A program made the position numbers and the translations under genes. From positions 17,608,001-17,672,000 of the forward strand of contig OZ024757.1 of assembly GCA_964016885.1 (NCBI GenBank): a stretch of 64,000 nt of DNA. The letters are read 5' to 3'. Shown one piece after another: positions 26,000 to 37,912 of the stretch; within the stretch, counting starts at the first letter, position 1; every line of letters starts with the position of its first letter. Below the pieces are notes generated by a model that searched no databases, was not told the origin of the DNA, and saw only the letters and a program-made list of their open reading frames with translations. This stretch comes from Eledone cirrhosa (Eukaryota).

Positions 26000-27352
26000 C
26001 TATCCTGTATGAATACGTTTGTGTCTTGTTAAGGAATTAGATTGGGAGAATGATTTACCACAGATATCACAGTGATAAGGCTTCTGTTTTGTATGAATGA
26101 GATTGTGTGTTGTTAAGTGTCCTTTCTGAGAGAATGATTTACCACAGATATCACAGTGATATGACTTCTCTCCTATATGAATGAGATTGTGTTTGGTTAA
26201 GGTTCCTTTCCGAGAGAATGATTTACTACAGACATCACAGTGATATGGCTTGTCTCCTGTATGTATACGTTTGTGAGAAGTTAAGTGAGTAGATTGAGAG
26301 AATGAGATACCACAGATACCACAGCGATATGGCTTCTCTCCTGTATGAATGAGATTGTGTACTGTTAAGTTTCCTTTCCGAGAGAATGATTTACCACAAA
26401 TATCACAGTGATATGGCTTGTGTCCTGTATGTACCTGTTTGTGTGTAGTTAAGGTACTCCCGACAGAGAATGTTTCACCACAGATATCACAGTGATATGG
26501 CTTCTCTCCTGTATGAATGCGTTTATGAGAAGTTAAGTAAGTAGATTGAGAGAATGATTTACCACAGATATCACAGTGATATGGCTTCTCTCCTGTATGA
26601 ACGTGATTGTGTTCTGTTAAATTTCCTTTTTGAGAGAATGATTTACCACAGATATCACAGTGATATGGCTTCTCTCCTGTATGGATGAGATTGTGTCTAG
26701 TTAAGTTACTACTATCAGAGAATGATTTACCACAGATATCACAGTGATATGGCTTCTCTCCTGTATGAATGTGATTGTGTTCTGTTAAATTTCCTTTTTG
26801 AGAGAATGATTTACCACAGATATCACAGTGATATGGCTTCTCTCCTGTATGGATGAAATTGTGTCTAGTTAATTTACTACTATCAAAGAATGATTTACCA
26901 CAGATATCACAGTGATATGGCTTCTTTCCTGTTTTAATACATTTGTGTGTAGTTAAACTGCTATTTACGGAGAATGATTTACCACAGATATTACAGTGGT
27001 ATGGCTTCTCTCCTGTATGAATACGTTTATGAATTGTTAAGCTAGCATGTTGAGAGACTGATTTACCACAGATATCACAGTGATATGGCTTCTCTCCTGT
27101 ATGTACAGGTTTGTGAGAATTTAAGTGACTACTTTGGGAGAATGATTTACCACAGATATCACAGTGATATGGCTTCTCTCCTGTATGTATATATTTGTGA
27201 GATTTTAAGTTTCCTTTCTGAGAGAATGATTTACCACAGATATCACAGTGGTATGGCTTCTTTCCTCTATTCTTTGGTATCTCATTAGGAATATTAATAC
27301 TTTTAGACACTGTTTCACATTTAATCTTCTTCTCACACAACTTATTTTCCAT
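26000..27352 (-). CDS. C2H2 zinc-finger protein ZNF2 (15 fingers, one lacking the last His)
   Basis: ATG of MENK at 27352; ends at a linker GAG>TAG. Confidence 0.92.
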   Translation of the reverse strand: MENKLCEKKIKCETVSKSINIPNEIPKNRGKKPYHCDICGKSFSQKGNLKSHKYIHTGEKPYHCDICGKSFSQSSHLNSHKPVHTGEKPYHCDICGKSVSQHASLTIHKRIHTGEKPYHCNICGKSFSVNSSLTTHKCIKTGKKPYHCDICGKSFFDSSKLTRHNFIHTGEKPYHCDICGKSFSQKGNLTEHNHIHTGEKPYHCDICGKSFSDSSNLTRHNLIHTGEKPYHCDICGKSFSQKGNLTEHNHVHTGEKPYHCDICGKSFSQSTYLTSHKRIHTGEKPYHCDICGETFSVGSTLTTHKQVHTGHKPYHCDICGKSFSRKGNLTVHNLIHTGEKPYRCGICGISFSQSTHLTSHKRIHTGDKPYHCDVCSKSFSRKGTLTKHNLIHIGEKSYHCDICGKSFSQKGHLTTHNLIHTKQKPYHCDICGKSFSQSNSLTRHKRIHTG

Positions 27353-27964
27353 AATGTGTCTTCTCAACAAAGTATATAGATGTTTGTCTTGTGTTATATT
27401 TATATTATATTTCTAGTAATATTGTCTTATTCTATATTTCTATTATATCAACTGTGATCTCAGTTAATATCTGAAGATTATGAAAACTTCTTTGTCATCC
27501 AAGTTTAATTAAAGTACAAAATCTTCTTGAAAACATTCCAGATAGTGAAGAAACAAACTTTTGCCAATAAACTCACTTCGGATGAAATATTTTACAGTAA
27601 GTCAGTCATAGATTTATATAAACAGTGTTATATCAGTTCTGTGTAATGTCTTTAAATGATGATAAATGTTGATGATTTATCCAAGATTTAAATATTTATC
27701 CCAATGTGATCTGGTATTCTGAAATAAGAAAGAAACAGTAGGAGATAATAGAGAATTAATAGATTTTAGACTTTTTTTTCAATAATCTCTAGATATAAAT
27801 CTTTAATTGAAAAATCAACTTACTTTAGTTTTTAATTTGTTTACATCATACAACCTTGTGTGATGTCTATATATACAGACATATATACATATGCCAGTCA
27901 GTCTGGTGCATTGCTCCAGTCACAAATCTCATCAGTAGTTCACAATAGGTTTTCAATTATATAT

Positions 27965-29218
27965 ATCATCATCGTTTAATGTCTATCTCCCACGCTAGCA
28001 TGGGTTAGACGGGAGTTGTCCCACTTGAGGCAAGACTGGTTGAGTGACCGTGTCTCGCTCGTATAGGACTATCTGGCAGGTTTTCTACAGCTGGATGCCC
28101 TTCCTAACACCAACCACATATAGAGTGTGGACTGAGAACTTTTTACCGTGTTACCTACATGGCCACATTACAGCGTGGACAGTGTGTTTTTTTGTCGTGA
28201 CATCTACACGATCTCATTAGTTTGGACTGGATGTTGTGGTACCAACATAACTTTATAGAGAAAGGGTGGTGTTGGCGAGAGTGGGAGGATGGAGTAGGGT
28301 AGTGGTTGGGGTGTGTTTGGTTTGGAGGGGCCTACTGACTGTAGGTTAATTTTGCAAGTAGGAAAGGCGGGTCTTCTGTAATACTGCATGACGCCAAAGA
28401 TCTCGATCCAGAGGTGCAAGTGTGCAAGGTCAGACTTCATGTCGTCCCAGGTTTTTCTGGGTCTACCTACTCACTAACTTCCTTCAATTTTGATCGCCCT
28501 GCACTTTTTTATACAGCTGTCGTCTTTCATGCGCATCACATGACAATACCAATGTAATCTCCTCTCAAGTAAACAGCATCTGATCCCTCTTATTCCTAAT
28601 TTCTCACTTAGTTCATTTATGTTTTGCCGTTCGCGTATATTACTATTACACATCCAACGGAGCATGCATGCTTTGTTCCTTTCCAGTCTGCACAGGTCCT
28701 CTGCACACAATGCCCATGTCTCACTGCCATGTAACATTGCTGTTCGTATACAAGCATCATACAATCTGCCCTTCATTTTCAGAGAGAAACCTTTTGTGTT
28801 CAACAGCGGTATAAGCTCTCTGAACTTTTTCCATCCCGTTTTAACTCTGGCTACTGTACTTTCAGAACTCCTACCACCACTGCTGATTTTGTCACCCAGG
28901 CAACAGAAAGTGTCCACTATTTCTATGGAACCATCTGGGCAGTAGAAGGAGCTAGTATCTTGTGGGCACTTGCTACTTATTGCACCTGAGCATCGGCCAC
29001 ATATAAAATCTACGTTCTTAGATAGCTTGCCTGTGATCCCACTACATCTTTTATGTACCCATAGTTTGCATTTATCACATAGAATGGAATTTCTACCTAC
29101 TCCTTTCCTACATACTGAGCATGGCTATTTCCCAGAGGGCACCTGTGCCCTATTTTCCTTTCTATATACCAGAACTTTATTCTTAGACTAGTTAACTTTA
29201 AGGCCTTTTGATTCTAGG
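27965..29218 (-). mobile_element. RTE LINE 3' part with 3' UTR
   Basis: ORF 28474-28917 (GWKKFRELIP...MLHGSETW...RRLHWY); (gat)n tail near 27965. Confidence 0.88.
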
Positions 29219-29352
29219 TCATATAATATATCTAATTAACTAGCCGGTAAAATGGCAAACACTCAGCTCAGTAGTCATTCTCTACTACCCCAAGCACTCT
29301 GTTGAATAATGGTCTATATTTATTTATATATAGATGAGATATAACCTACATA

Positions 29353-30246
29353 TGAGGTGTGTCAGAAAAGTTCCAGGACTGATGTCACAAAAGATTTATT
29401 TCAAACCCAAACTTTACATTAAGAGTTTTCTCCTTCAAAGTAATCCCCCTGGAGTATATAACTGTAATCTTAGCTCTCTGCAGCGATCAAACTTTTTTCT
29501 TCATAATTTTATATACATGTCCTGTTTCAGGTCGTCAAGCATTGAGCACAGAGCAACGAACAAACTTGAAAACTCCATCAGAAGCACTGGGATTGCTGCA
29601 GCAAGTGTATGGAGATGAGATGATGTCACGCTCACGTGTTTTTGAGTGGTGCAAGAGGTTTAAAGAAGGATGCGAGGATGTTGAAGATGACCCCAGGAGT
29701 GGAAGGCCCTCAACAACCAGGACTGAGGTCAACGTTGAGCGCGTCAGGCAGATGGTGCGTAGCGATCGTCGGCTGACTGTTCGACTGATGGCAAATGAGC
29801 TGGGCATGAATCGGGACAGCATCTGGAAGATTCTCACTGAAGATTTGGACATGCGGAAAGTCTACGCGAAGATGGTGCCAAAACTGCTGAACGATGACCA
29901 GAAGGGTCGACGTATGCAAGTGTGCCAGGACATCCTCGAGCGTCTTGAAACCGAACCAGACTTGTTAGGGACAGTCATCACTGGTGATGAGTCATGGATC
30001 TTCGAGTACGACTCGGAGGGGACCCGTTTTGAAGACGTGGACGACATCAAAAAGGCTGTGACGATGGAACTGCGGAGGATCCTGGAAAAATCCTTCTAGG
30101 AGTGCATGCAAGCGTGGCAGAAAAGGATGGAAAAGTGCATTAGGCTCCAGGGGGATTACTTTGAAGGAGAAAACTCTTAGTGTGAAGTTTAGGTTTGAAA
30201 TAAATCTTTTGTGACAGCAGTCCTGGAACTTTTCTGACCCACCTCG
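29353..30246 (+). mobile_element. Mariner element with internal deletion, ~102-bp TIRs and TA TSD (copy 1)
   Basis: HTH region VFEWCKRFKEG..DDPRSGRP, VPKLL and ITGDESWIFEYD, fused directly to RFEDVDDIK...GDYFEG. TIRs at 29353-29454 and 30145-30246. Confidence 0.92.
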
Positions 30247-30269
30247 TAGGTATGAGCTGTAACTAGATG

Positions 30270-31010
30270 ATAGGACCGGGGCCCCTATCATTAAAACACC
30301 TGAGAAACCTCCTATAAGATATACTCATGTAGGAAGCTAGGTAAACCTACATAGGTGTGACATGTAACAACATGAGAGGATAGGGGCCTCGATAATAAAA
30401 CACTAGAGAAACCTCATATACAGACTTATGGGATTTCTCAATTCAGTCCGAAGTGAAGATTGAGCACAACAAACCAGATATTGTCATAATTGAGAAGAGA
30501 GAAACTGTACCCTCATTGAGTACGCCAGGACTTACATATATACAACATACAGAAAATAGTACTACTAGGTACTGTATATATATATTACATAGAGTACCCC
30601 CAGGACATATATAAATATGATCGTGTCTACAAGACATGTATCTGACGGTGTTTCAGCTAACTCTTTACAGTATTAGAACCTTATTATGTACAGCCACCAA
30701 CGAGACACCAACAAAGCAGCTCCCTGATATACAGATACTCAATCCCTACTTGGCTGGCTAATCCCGACATAGTCATAATGAAACGAAACCCACGTTTAAA
30801 TAAGTTTCAACTGATTTGAAAGAGATTTAGACTAAAACGAAGATAACTTTAATTTACTTGAAACGAGGTACAGCTAAATATAAAATATATTTTATAATAT
30901 AAGGTAGTAAATAACACAATAAATAGACAGAGGTAATTTAAATAATAAAGACAGTCATGATAACAATATATTTTATATTACATGTAACAGTGGAATCTGG
31001 CTATTGAAAA
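30270..31010. repeat. Segmental duplicate of 63160-64000 (ZNF2/ZNF4 intron), containing RLE-LINE and integrase relics
   Basis: Near-identical sequence; identical 64-aa ORFs at 30443-30637 and 63320-63514. Confidence 0.9.
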
Positions 31011-31179
31011 ATAACACATTTCAGTTTGGAAGTATTTTTCTCTATATATAAAGTGACGAGGGTGAAATGTCTTCTCTCAATGTTGTTATATATTTTCACT
31101 TTTATATAATTACTGTATCGTTGAAAGGTTCACATAATTCTATTATTTACATACATTAATATAGACTTCAAATGAATTT

Positions 31180-31850
31180 TTGTCAACTTACCTTCTTCAC
31201 ATATAATCAATGTGTTGTTTTTACTAAACAACAACAGAAATAATCTCTTTGTTGTTAAATTCGAAGTTTCAATGATGTTATCAGCTTTATTTCACGACAT
31301 TAACGTTGGTTGTATCGTCTTCATCTTTAGTCATAAATTGATATCTTGTAAGAATAAAGTAGTGAGGCTGACTTTATGTATTTAGCCACAGATTTGGCAG
31401 AAAATATGTATATATTAGGTTGATATGTGGTCTAAAATATATATTGTCCATAAATGACTGATAGCAGATGTTCTAGTGAAATAGTCGTTTTCTACTAGAG
31501 ATTATAATGGAAGATGCGCAGTGACGTTGAGAATATTTCAACTCTCTCCGGTGTTATGCGTTAAAAGTCCCTGATATAATTTAATGCATTTAAACACAGT
31601 ACCAATCGTATTTAATTGATGGTAAATCAAAACATATCACTTAGTAAAATATCAATTATATATCGATGAGAAAACGTCTACGTAGATAGACTTTCTACCT
31701 GCTAAAAATAGCAGCTATATTATCCATTACAGCTTTGTTTTTTTGTTTAGACTCTCTTAAGTTTGGTTATACAATCAACAACAGCAAATCTTTTGTATAT
31801 ATTTCGGAATAAACTAGAAGACAGTCAAATGTAATTCTCCTTCTTGTTTT
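31180..31850. repeat. Conserved upstream block (copy 3), with minus-strand donor AAG|GTAAGT at 31191-31190 (candidate ZNF2 5' exon)
   Basis: Aligns with 22815-23570. Confidence 0.8.
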
Positions 31851-32083
31851 ATATATATACATGTATGTATATATAAGTATGTGTGTATATATATATATGT
31901 ATGTATATATAAGTATGTGTGTGTATATATATATATATATGTGTGTGTATATATATATATATATATAAATATATATATGTATGTATATATAAGTATGTGT
32001 GTATATATATAAATATATATGTATGTATATATAAGTATGTGTGTATATATATAAATATATATATATATATGTATGTATATATA

Positions 32084-32125
<42 letters not shown>

Positions 32126-32127
32126 TA

Positions 32128-32176
<49 letters not shown>

Positions 32177-32185
32177 ATATAAGTA

Positions 32186-32228
<43 letters not shown>
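31850..32228. repeat. Compound (TA)n/(TG)n microsatellite
   Basis: Direct reading. Similar tracts at ~1590-1790, 6025-6180 and 22670-22810. Confidence 0.95.
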
Positions 32229-32229
<1 letters not shown>

Positions 32230-32386
32230 AATGAAGTAATTCCGTCGGAAAAGTCCAGGAAAAAAGAGTGCTCTATGTAGGTAACAGAGCTTAATAGTTA
32301 TATAATAAACAACATAAGGCAATTATTCCATTTACCAGTGGTTTCTTAAAAGCAAAAAATTTTGCTTTCAACATCAGAATGAAAAA

Positions 32387-32447
32387 ATCCTGGTCTGTTT
32401 ATTGAATTTGGATTTTAAAAATCCAAATTCAATAAACAGACCAGGAT
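32387..32447. repeat. Perfect 61-bp palindrome (30-bp arms, 1-nt centre)
   Basis: atcctggtctgtttattgaatttggatttt-a-aaaatccaaattcaataaacagaccaggat. Confidence 0.95.
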
Positions 32448-32579
32448 AATAAATTGAAGTGCAAGCAACTGGTGCGTGAGTTTCTTATTGGCAACATGAC
32501 CCTCCCAAAGCATAACAATATCGGTTTCAACACACGTTTTCAGAAACGAAATATATAAATATATATATATGTATGTATA

Positions 32580-32910
32580 TCATCATCATTATCATCATTT
32601 TACGTCCGCTTTTCCCTGCTTGCAAGGGTGGGACGGGAACTGATTCTGGCTTGATTTCTACAGCTGGATGCCGTTCCTAACACCAACCTCATTTACAGTG
32701 AGTGCTGGGTCCTTTTTTGCCGTGGCACCTCCATGTCCACTTTGCAGTGGAATGATAGGGAACCCAGTCCCTATCATCTCATTTCTACAGGTGAGTAAAC
32801 TGGAGCAATGTGAAATAAAGTGTCTTGCTCAAGGAAACAACACATCACCCGGTCTGAGAATTGAACTCACAACCTTTCGATTGCAAGGCCAATGCTCTAA
32901 CCACTAAGCC
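32580..32910 (-). mobile_element. SINE family B, full length, with RTE-type tail
   Basis: Reverse complement of the 44308-44610 copy; (gat)n tail. Confidence 0.85.
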
Positions 32911-33004
32911 ATATATAAATATATATATATATATATTTCTCCGATAATGTATTTATATATACATATATATATATATATATAAACATATCTATATATATCT
33001 CTAG

Positions 33005-33700
33005 GGCAGGTAAAATTCCCGAGATCCATGGTCAAGTTCTCTTCAGCGGTCTCTGTCGCTCATTATCGCTGCCATGTCCTGCGTCTCCAACAGACCAGTG
33101 TCTGTCCTCAGGGCATCAACATACGTTAACCTTGTTCTTCCTTTTCCAGTGTGTCCATGTAGTGGCTCCCACAGGAGCACTGAGTACAACGTCAACTCTG
33201 GATGTCGAATCAGTGGAGGATCAGTAACATCGTCCCAGTGCCAAAGAAGGGAGATCTCTCTAACACCAACAACTACAGGGGGATCTTACTGACGTCTCTT
33301 GTGGCAAAGACCCTCAACAGGATGATTCTTAAGAGGATCCAACCTGAGATGGAGAAGAAGCTCAGGGACAACCAGAACGGCTTCAGAGAGGGAAGTTCAA
33401 CCACCAGTCACATCCTGATGCTGAGGATATTAGAGAGAGCTAGAGCAAAGTGCCTTCCTGCGGTCATGGTTTTCATTGACTTTAGGAAGGCCTTTGATTC
33501 TGTGGACTGTCGCTGCCTGGTGAAGATCTTACAGGCTTATGGAATCCCCAAGAAGATAGTGGACTTGATATCACTGCTCTACACCAACACCAAAGCCCAA
33601 GTCATTACGCCTGATGGGATGACAGAGTTCTTTGAGATACTGGCTGGAGTGCTCCAGTGCGATACATTAGCTCCCTACTTTTTTATCATCGTAGTGGATA
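33005..33700. mobile_element. LINE with an inverted 5' segment (RT on +, 3' end on -)
   Basis: Plus strand 33202-33700: QWRISNIVPVPKKGDL..NYRGI..FIDFRKAFDS..GVLQCDTLAP. Minus strand 33005-33198: VLLWEPLHG..GRTRLTYVDALRTDTG. Confidence 0.75.
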
Positions 33701-33814
33701 TATATATATATAGACGGACGTTAAACGAAGATGATGATGATGATGATATATATATATCATCATCATCATCATCACCATCTTTGTTTAATGTCCATCTTCC
33801 ACGCTAGCATATAT

Positions 33815-34222
33815 CATCATCATCATTTTACGTCCGCTTTTCCCTGCTTGCAAGGGTGGGATGGGTCTTATTCAGCACAGCATCTCTCCACTCGTCACGG
33901 TCCCTCGTCATCTCCACCGTGAGCTTCAATGATCTGAGGTCTGTTCTCACCACCTCCGCCCATGTTTTTCGTGGTCTACCTCTACCACGTCTTCCTTCAA
34001 CTGGCAATTCCTGGCACTTCTTCACCCATCGGTCATCCTCCATGCGCATCACATGTCCATACCACCTCAGTCTCCTCTCCCGTACACAACATTCTATCCC
34101 TCTCAGACACAGTTTCTCTCTCAACACATTTATGCTGGGTCGTTCACGCACATCCAACAGAGCATGCTTGCCTCATTTCTCTCCAGCCGTCGCATATCCT
34201 CTGCAATTGCTGCCCATGTCTC
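33815..34222 (-). mobile_element. RTE LINE 3' fragment
   Basis: RRLRWYGHVMRM...GRGRPRKTW (ORF 33828-34157) and a (gat)n tail. Confidence 0.88.
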
Positions 34223-34439
34223 ACTATATATATATAGTGATTGTAAATTCTAGACCAAACAGTTTTTCCAGCAAAAGTCTTGGTTACTTCTACAAAAAAA
34301 AAATGTAAGGAGAATAATTTCTTAGTAAACCAGTTTTATTCAAAACATTTACAACATTGGTGACACTATTGTGGGTAAATGTTAGTTTTTATCTTGTCAG
34401 ATTGTGATTGTGTTTTATTAAGTAACCTTTACAACAAAA

Positions 34440-34806
34440 TTATTTACCATAAACATCACAGTGATATAGTTCCTCTCCTGTATATGTTGTATCTAGTGAA
34501 GCCACAACATTTAGAGAATGATTTACAGAAGATATCACATTGATATGGTTCCTCTCCTGTATATGTTAGTGTCTAGTGAAGCCACAAAATTTAGAGAGTG
34601 ATTTATCATAGATATCACATTGATATGGTTCCTCTCCTGTATATGTTAGTGTCTAGTGAAGCCACAGCATTTAAGGAATGATTTACAGAAGATATCACAT
34701 TGACATGGTTCTTCTCCTGTATGTATATATTAGTGTCTGGTGAAGCCACAACATATAGAAAAAGATTTACAAAAAATATCACATTGATATGGTTCCTCTC
34801 TTGTAT
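34440..34806 (-). repeat. Zinc-finger-derived non-coding tandem repeat (distal part of the ZNF3 tail)
   Basis: ~78-84-bp units 'gatatcacattgatatggttcctctcctgtatatgttagtgtctagtgaagccacaac'; continues at 39991-40870. Confidence 0.85.
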
Positions 34807-34925
34807 ATATAATAATAATAATGAAATTATTGTGTACAGTGCTCAGGTGCACTACAACTCTTCAAAGGTGCATGTATAGTACATAGAATAATGTACAAAT
34901 GTCAGGAAAATGAACAGTGTATGAG

Positions 34926-37856
34926 TCATGATATAATAACAATAACAATAATGAAATATTGTGTACAGTGCCCAGGTGCACCACAACTCATCAAAAAAGT
35001 GCATGTACAGTACATAGGGCAATGCACAAACATCAGTAAAATGAAAAGTGCACGAGTCATGATACACACATGTGTGCATGTGTATGGAAGGGGTACATCA
35101 GGTGTAGTTTTGGCGTATTTCGGGAAGCATGAGTGTCTTAAAGGATGCAGTGTCTCGGCAGCTAACAATTGACGCAGGCAGTTTGTTCCATGCTTCAGCA
35201 ACTCTAAGCGTGAAAAAATGTCTACGAAAGTCATGGGAGCTGTGCTGTTTTCTGATCTTGTAGGCATGTCCACGTGTGATAGACACATGGAGATCAAAGA
35301 GGCGTTGCAATTGGCGAGATGGTTAAAAACTTTGTGGGTATTCACCAAGTCCATTGCCAGACGTCGGAGCTTCAATGAATCTATGCCCAGAGAAGCAAGG
35401 CGTTCAGAGTATGGTAGGTGTCTGATGGAGGGTATGCGCTTGGTTGCACGTCTCTGAACAGTTTCCAGGAGGTCAATGTTCCGAGCAAGATAGGGGTTCC
35501 AGACTGATGATGCGAATTCCAAGTGTGGTCGCACCATAGCTGTATACAGTTTTAAATAGATGGCTGGAGAGCGGCTAACATAGGTCTTGCTGAGTGATGC
35601 CAAGACACCCTCGGCCTTCTTGACAATCTTAGAGACATGCTTTGTCCAACGCAAATCGTTGCTGACAGTAATGCCCAGGTCACGTTCACAAGAGGACTTT
35701 TTGATATCAGTGTTGTGGAGGGAGTATGTGGACGCTGGATTTTTCCTTCCAAAATGCATGGTGGTACACTTGTCCACAGCCAGCTTCAGTTGCCAGTCTG
35801 TGATCCATTGCTGCATTGTGTCCAGGTCTGATTGTAGGAAAGAGTTGTAAATTTCAGGATCAGTCCTTTTGATTTCAAGGTACAGCTTGATGTCATCTGC
35901 ATATTTTAGTACCGTGGCATTCTGTAAGTTGGCATCTATGTCATTAATATATGCCACAAACAAAAGAGGACCAAGAACAGATCCCTGTGGTACACCAGAT
36001 GACATCTCATATGGTGAAGAATGCTGTCCTAGAACCGTGACTACTTCCTTTCGGCTGAGAATGAAGGATTTCAACCAGTCGAAAAGATCATCCCTCACAC
36101 CCATTGCAGAGAGTTTTGCCATAAGTCTTTTGTGTGGCACAGAATTAAAAGCCTTAGCAAAGTCAAGGTAAACAACATCCACCCATGAGCCGCTGTCAGT
36201 GATCCGGGTGATGTCCTCAAGGAACTCGATAAGCTGATCACAGCAGCTGGAGTTAGGGATAAATCCAAACTGTGAGGGCCGGATGAGGCTGTGAGAGCTC
36301 CAGAAGTTCCAAAGTGTTTCTCTGACACAGGATTCCATCAGTTTGGCCATACAGCTAGTAAGACTGACTGGACGATAGTTGACAGGTGACATGCGGTTGC
36401 CCTTTTTGAACAGGGGAATGACACTGGCAGTTTTCCACTGCTCCGGAGTAGCACCATTGTTGAGACAGTATTGAAAGAAGAAAGAAAGCTGGCGCAAAAG
36501 GAAATACCCGCCACGTTTGAGAAGCAGGTATGTCACACCATCAAGACCAGGGGAGGCATAGTTGCGCTTATTCTTAAGGTGACGTCGCACCATTGCAGGT
36601 GTAAATTCCATAGTTGTTATGGAATTTGATGTTAGAGATGGTGGAGATGGTACATTCTGGTTTTCAACAGTAAAAATACTTGCATAGCACTCAGCAATGA
36701 GTTCTGCGCATTCCTTGGGATCGTCAGTGATCTGCCTTGTGTGGGGATTGCGAAGAGGACCAACTGGAGAGTGAGGTCTCTGCTTTGAATGAACATATTT
36801 CCAGAACACCTTACTGTCAGGATTGGTTGCGATGCACTGTTCAAATTCAAGCACTGCCTTCTTTGTCACTTGCTTGAGATGGTTAGAAGATTTATTCCGC
36901 TTTTTTCTGTTGGCATCTGATTTATGCAGTTTATATTCCTGTTCAGCGTTCCGACGTTCTTTCCTGGCAAGTCGGACCGCTGAAGTTTTCCAGATTGCAC
37001 TTTTGGGGTGGTTATTTTTCCGCTTCCGTGGCACTGATGCTGCACACGCTATCCATATTGAGTCCAGGATGCTCTGGAGTATAGGGTTCACATCTCCAGA
37101 GTTATACATCTCATGCCAGTTTGGGCGCTGTAGCTCAGTGCAGTACAAGTTCCAATCCGCCCTCTTCCAATCAAAGCAAGCAGATTGGAGATGGCTCTGG
37201 TTTTTGTTGCTGCCCTCAAGTGCCAGATTGGCAATGATCATAGCATGATCAGAGTCGCCTAGAGGTTCCTCAGTAGTACAACTGATAACCACTTCAGGAG
37301 TAGTGGTGAAGATCAGGTCCAAAGTGTTGTCACCTCTTGTTGGAGAGGTGACTACTTGTGACCAGTTTGAGTCCAGCACTAGTTCAAGGAAATCGTTTGC
37401 ACCTTGTGGCCAACGAAAGGTTTCCCAATCGATCTCAGGATGATTGAAGTCACCTGCAATAAACACGTAAGTGGCTGTTTTCTTGGCAGCAACTCTGAGG
37501 ATATCGCAAAGCTGTGTGTCCTGATGGTAGTTTGGGGGGCGATAAACAACACCAAGCAGAAGTGTTGACATGGTCATACGTATGTCACAGAAAAAGACTT
37601 CTTCCTGTGATTCGTTCAAATCAACGCAAGGAATTACTGAAAAGTTTGAACGAACGTAGACCATCACACCACCACCACGGCGGTTAATGCGGTCCTTGCG
37701 GAAAAGGTTGTACCCAGTAATGCTGAAAACCCCATCACAGAGTAAGGAATGTGCCCATGTTTCCGTGACTGTGATGAAGTCAGGGTCGATGCTTCTGACG
37801 TAGGATTCGAACAGATGTATCTTGTTGCATAAACTGCGAGCATTTAAGGACAACAA
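34926..37856 (-). CDS. CR1 ORF2: AP endonuclease plus reverse transcriptase (frameshift near 35305; native C-terminus in ORF 35098-35310)
   Basis: LNARS, VTETW, GDFN, SDH; YLDFAKAF, GVPQGSVLGP, YADD; CR1-type C-terminus TRGHAYK...FFTLRVAEAWNKLP. Confidence 0.9.
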   Translation of the reverse strand: MLSLNARSLCNKIHLFESYVRSIDPDFITVTETWAHSLLCDGVFSITGYNLFRKDRINRRGGGVMVYVRSNFSVIPCVDLNESQEEVFFCDIRMTMSTLLLGVVYRPPNYHQDTQLCDILRVAAKKTATYVFIAGDFNHPEIDWETFRWPQGANDFLELVLDSNWSQVVTSPTRGDNTLDLIFTTTPEVVISCTTEEPLGDSDHAMIIANLALEGSNKNQSHLQSACFDWKRADWNLYCTELQRPNWHEMYNSGDVNPILQSILDSIWIACAASVPRKRKNNHPKSAIWKTSAVRLARKERRNAEQEYKLHKSDANRKKRNKSSNHLKQVTKKAVLEFEQCIATNPDSKVFWKYVHSKQRPHSPVGPLRNPHTRQITDDPKECAELIAECYASIFTVENQNVPSPPSLTSNSITTMEFTPAMVRRHLKNKRNYASPGLDGVTYLLLKRGGYFLLRQLSFFFQYCLNNGATPEQWKTASVIPLFKKGNRMSPVNYRPVSLTSCMAKLMESCVRETLWNFWSSHSLIRPSQFGFIPNSSCCDQLIEFLEDITRITDSGSWVDVVYLDFAKAFNSVPHKRLMAKLSAMGVRDDLFDWLKSFILSRKEVVTVLGQHSSPYEMSSGVPQGSVLGPLLFVAYINDIDANLQNATVLKYADDIKLYLEIKRTDPEIYNSFLQSDLDTMQQWITDWQLKLAVDKCTTMHFGRKNPASTYSLHNTDIKKSSCERDLGITVSNDLRWTKHVSKIVKKAEGVLASLSKTYVSRSPAIYLKLYTAMVRPHLEFASSVWNPYLARNIDLLETVQRRATKRIPSIRHLPYSERLASLGIDSLKLRRLAMDLVNTHKVFNHLANCNASLISMCLSHVDMPTRSENSTAPMTFVDIFSRLELLKHGTNCLRQLLAAETLHPLRHSCFPKYAKTTPDVPLPYTCTHVCIMTRALFILLMFVHCPMYCTCTFLMSCGAPGHCTQYFIIVIVIIS

Positions 37857-37912
37857 TTTGTACCCTGCTCGCAGTTTATGATGGTGTGTAGAGGGTGGCA
37901 GGTTGTTCTGGT

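Noticed and set aside
31849-32322. Tyr/Ile-rich ORFs (also 1503-1856, 22644-22903, 42645-43279, 59665-59978)
   Set aside because: Translations of (TA)n microsatellites and minisatellites.
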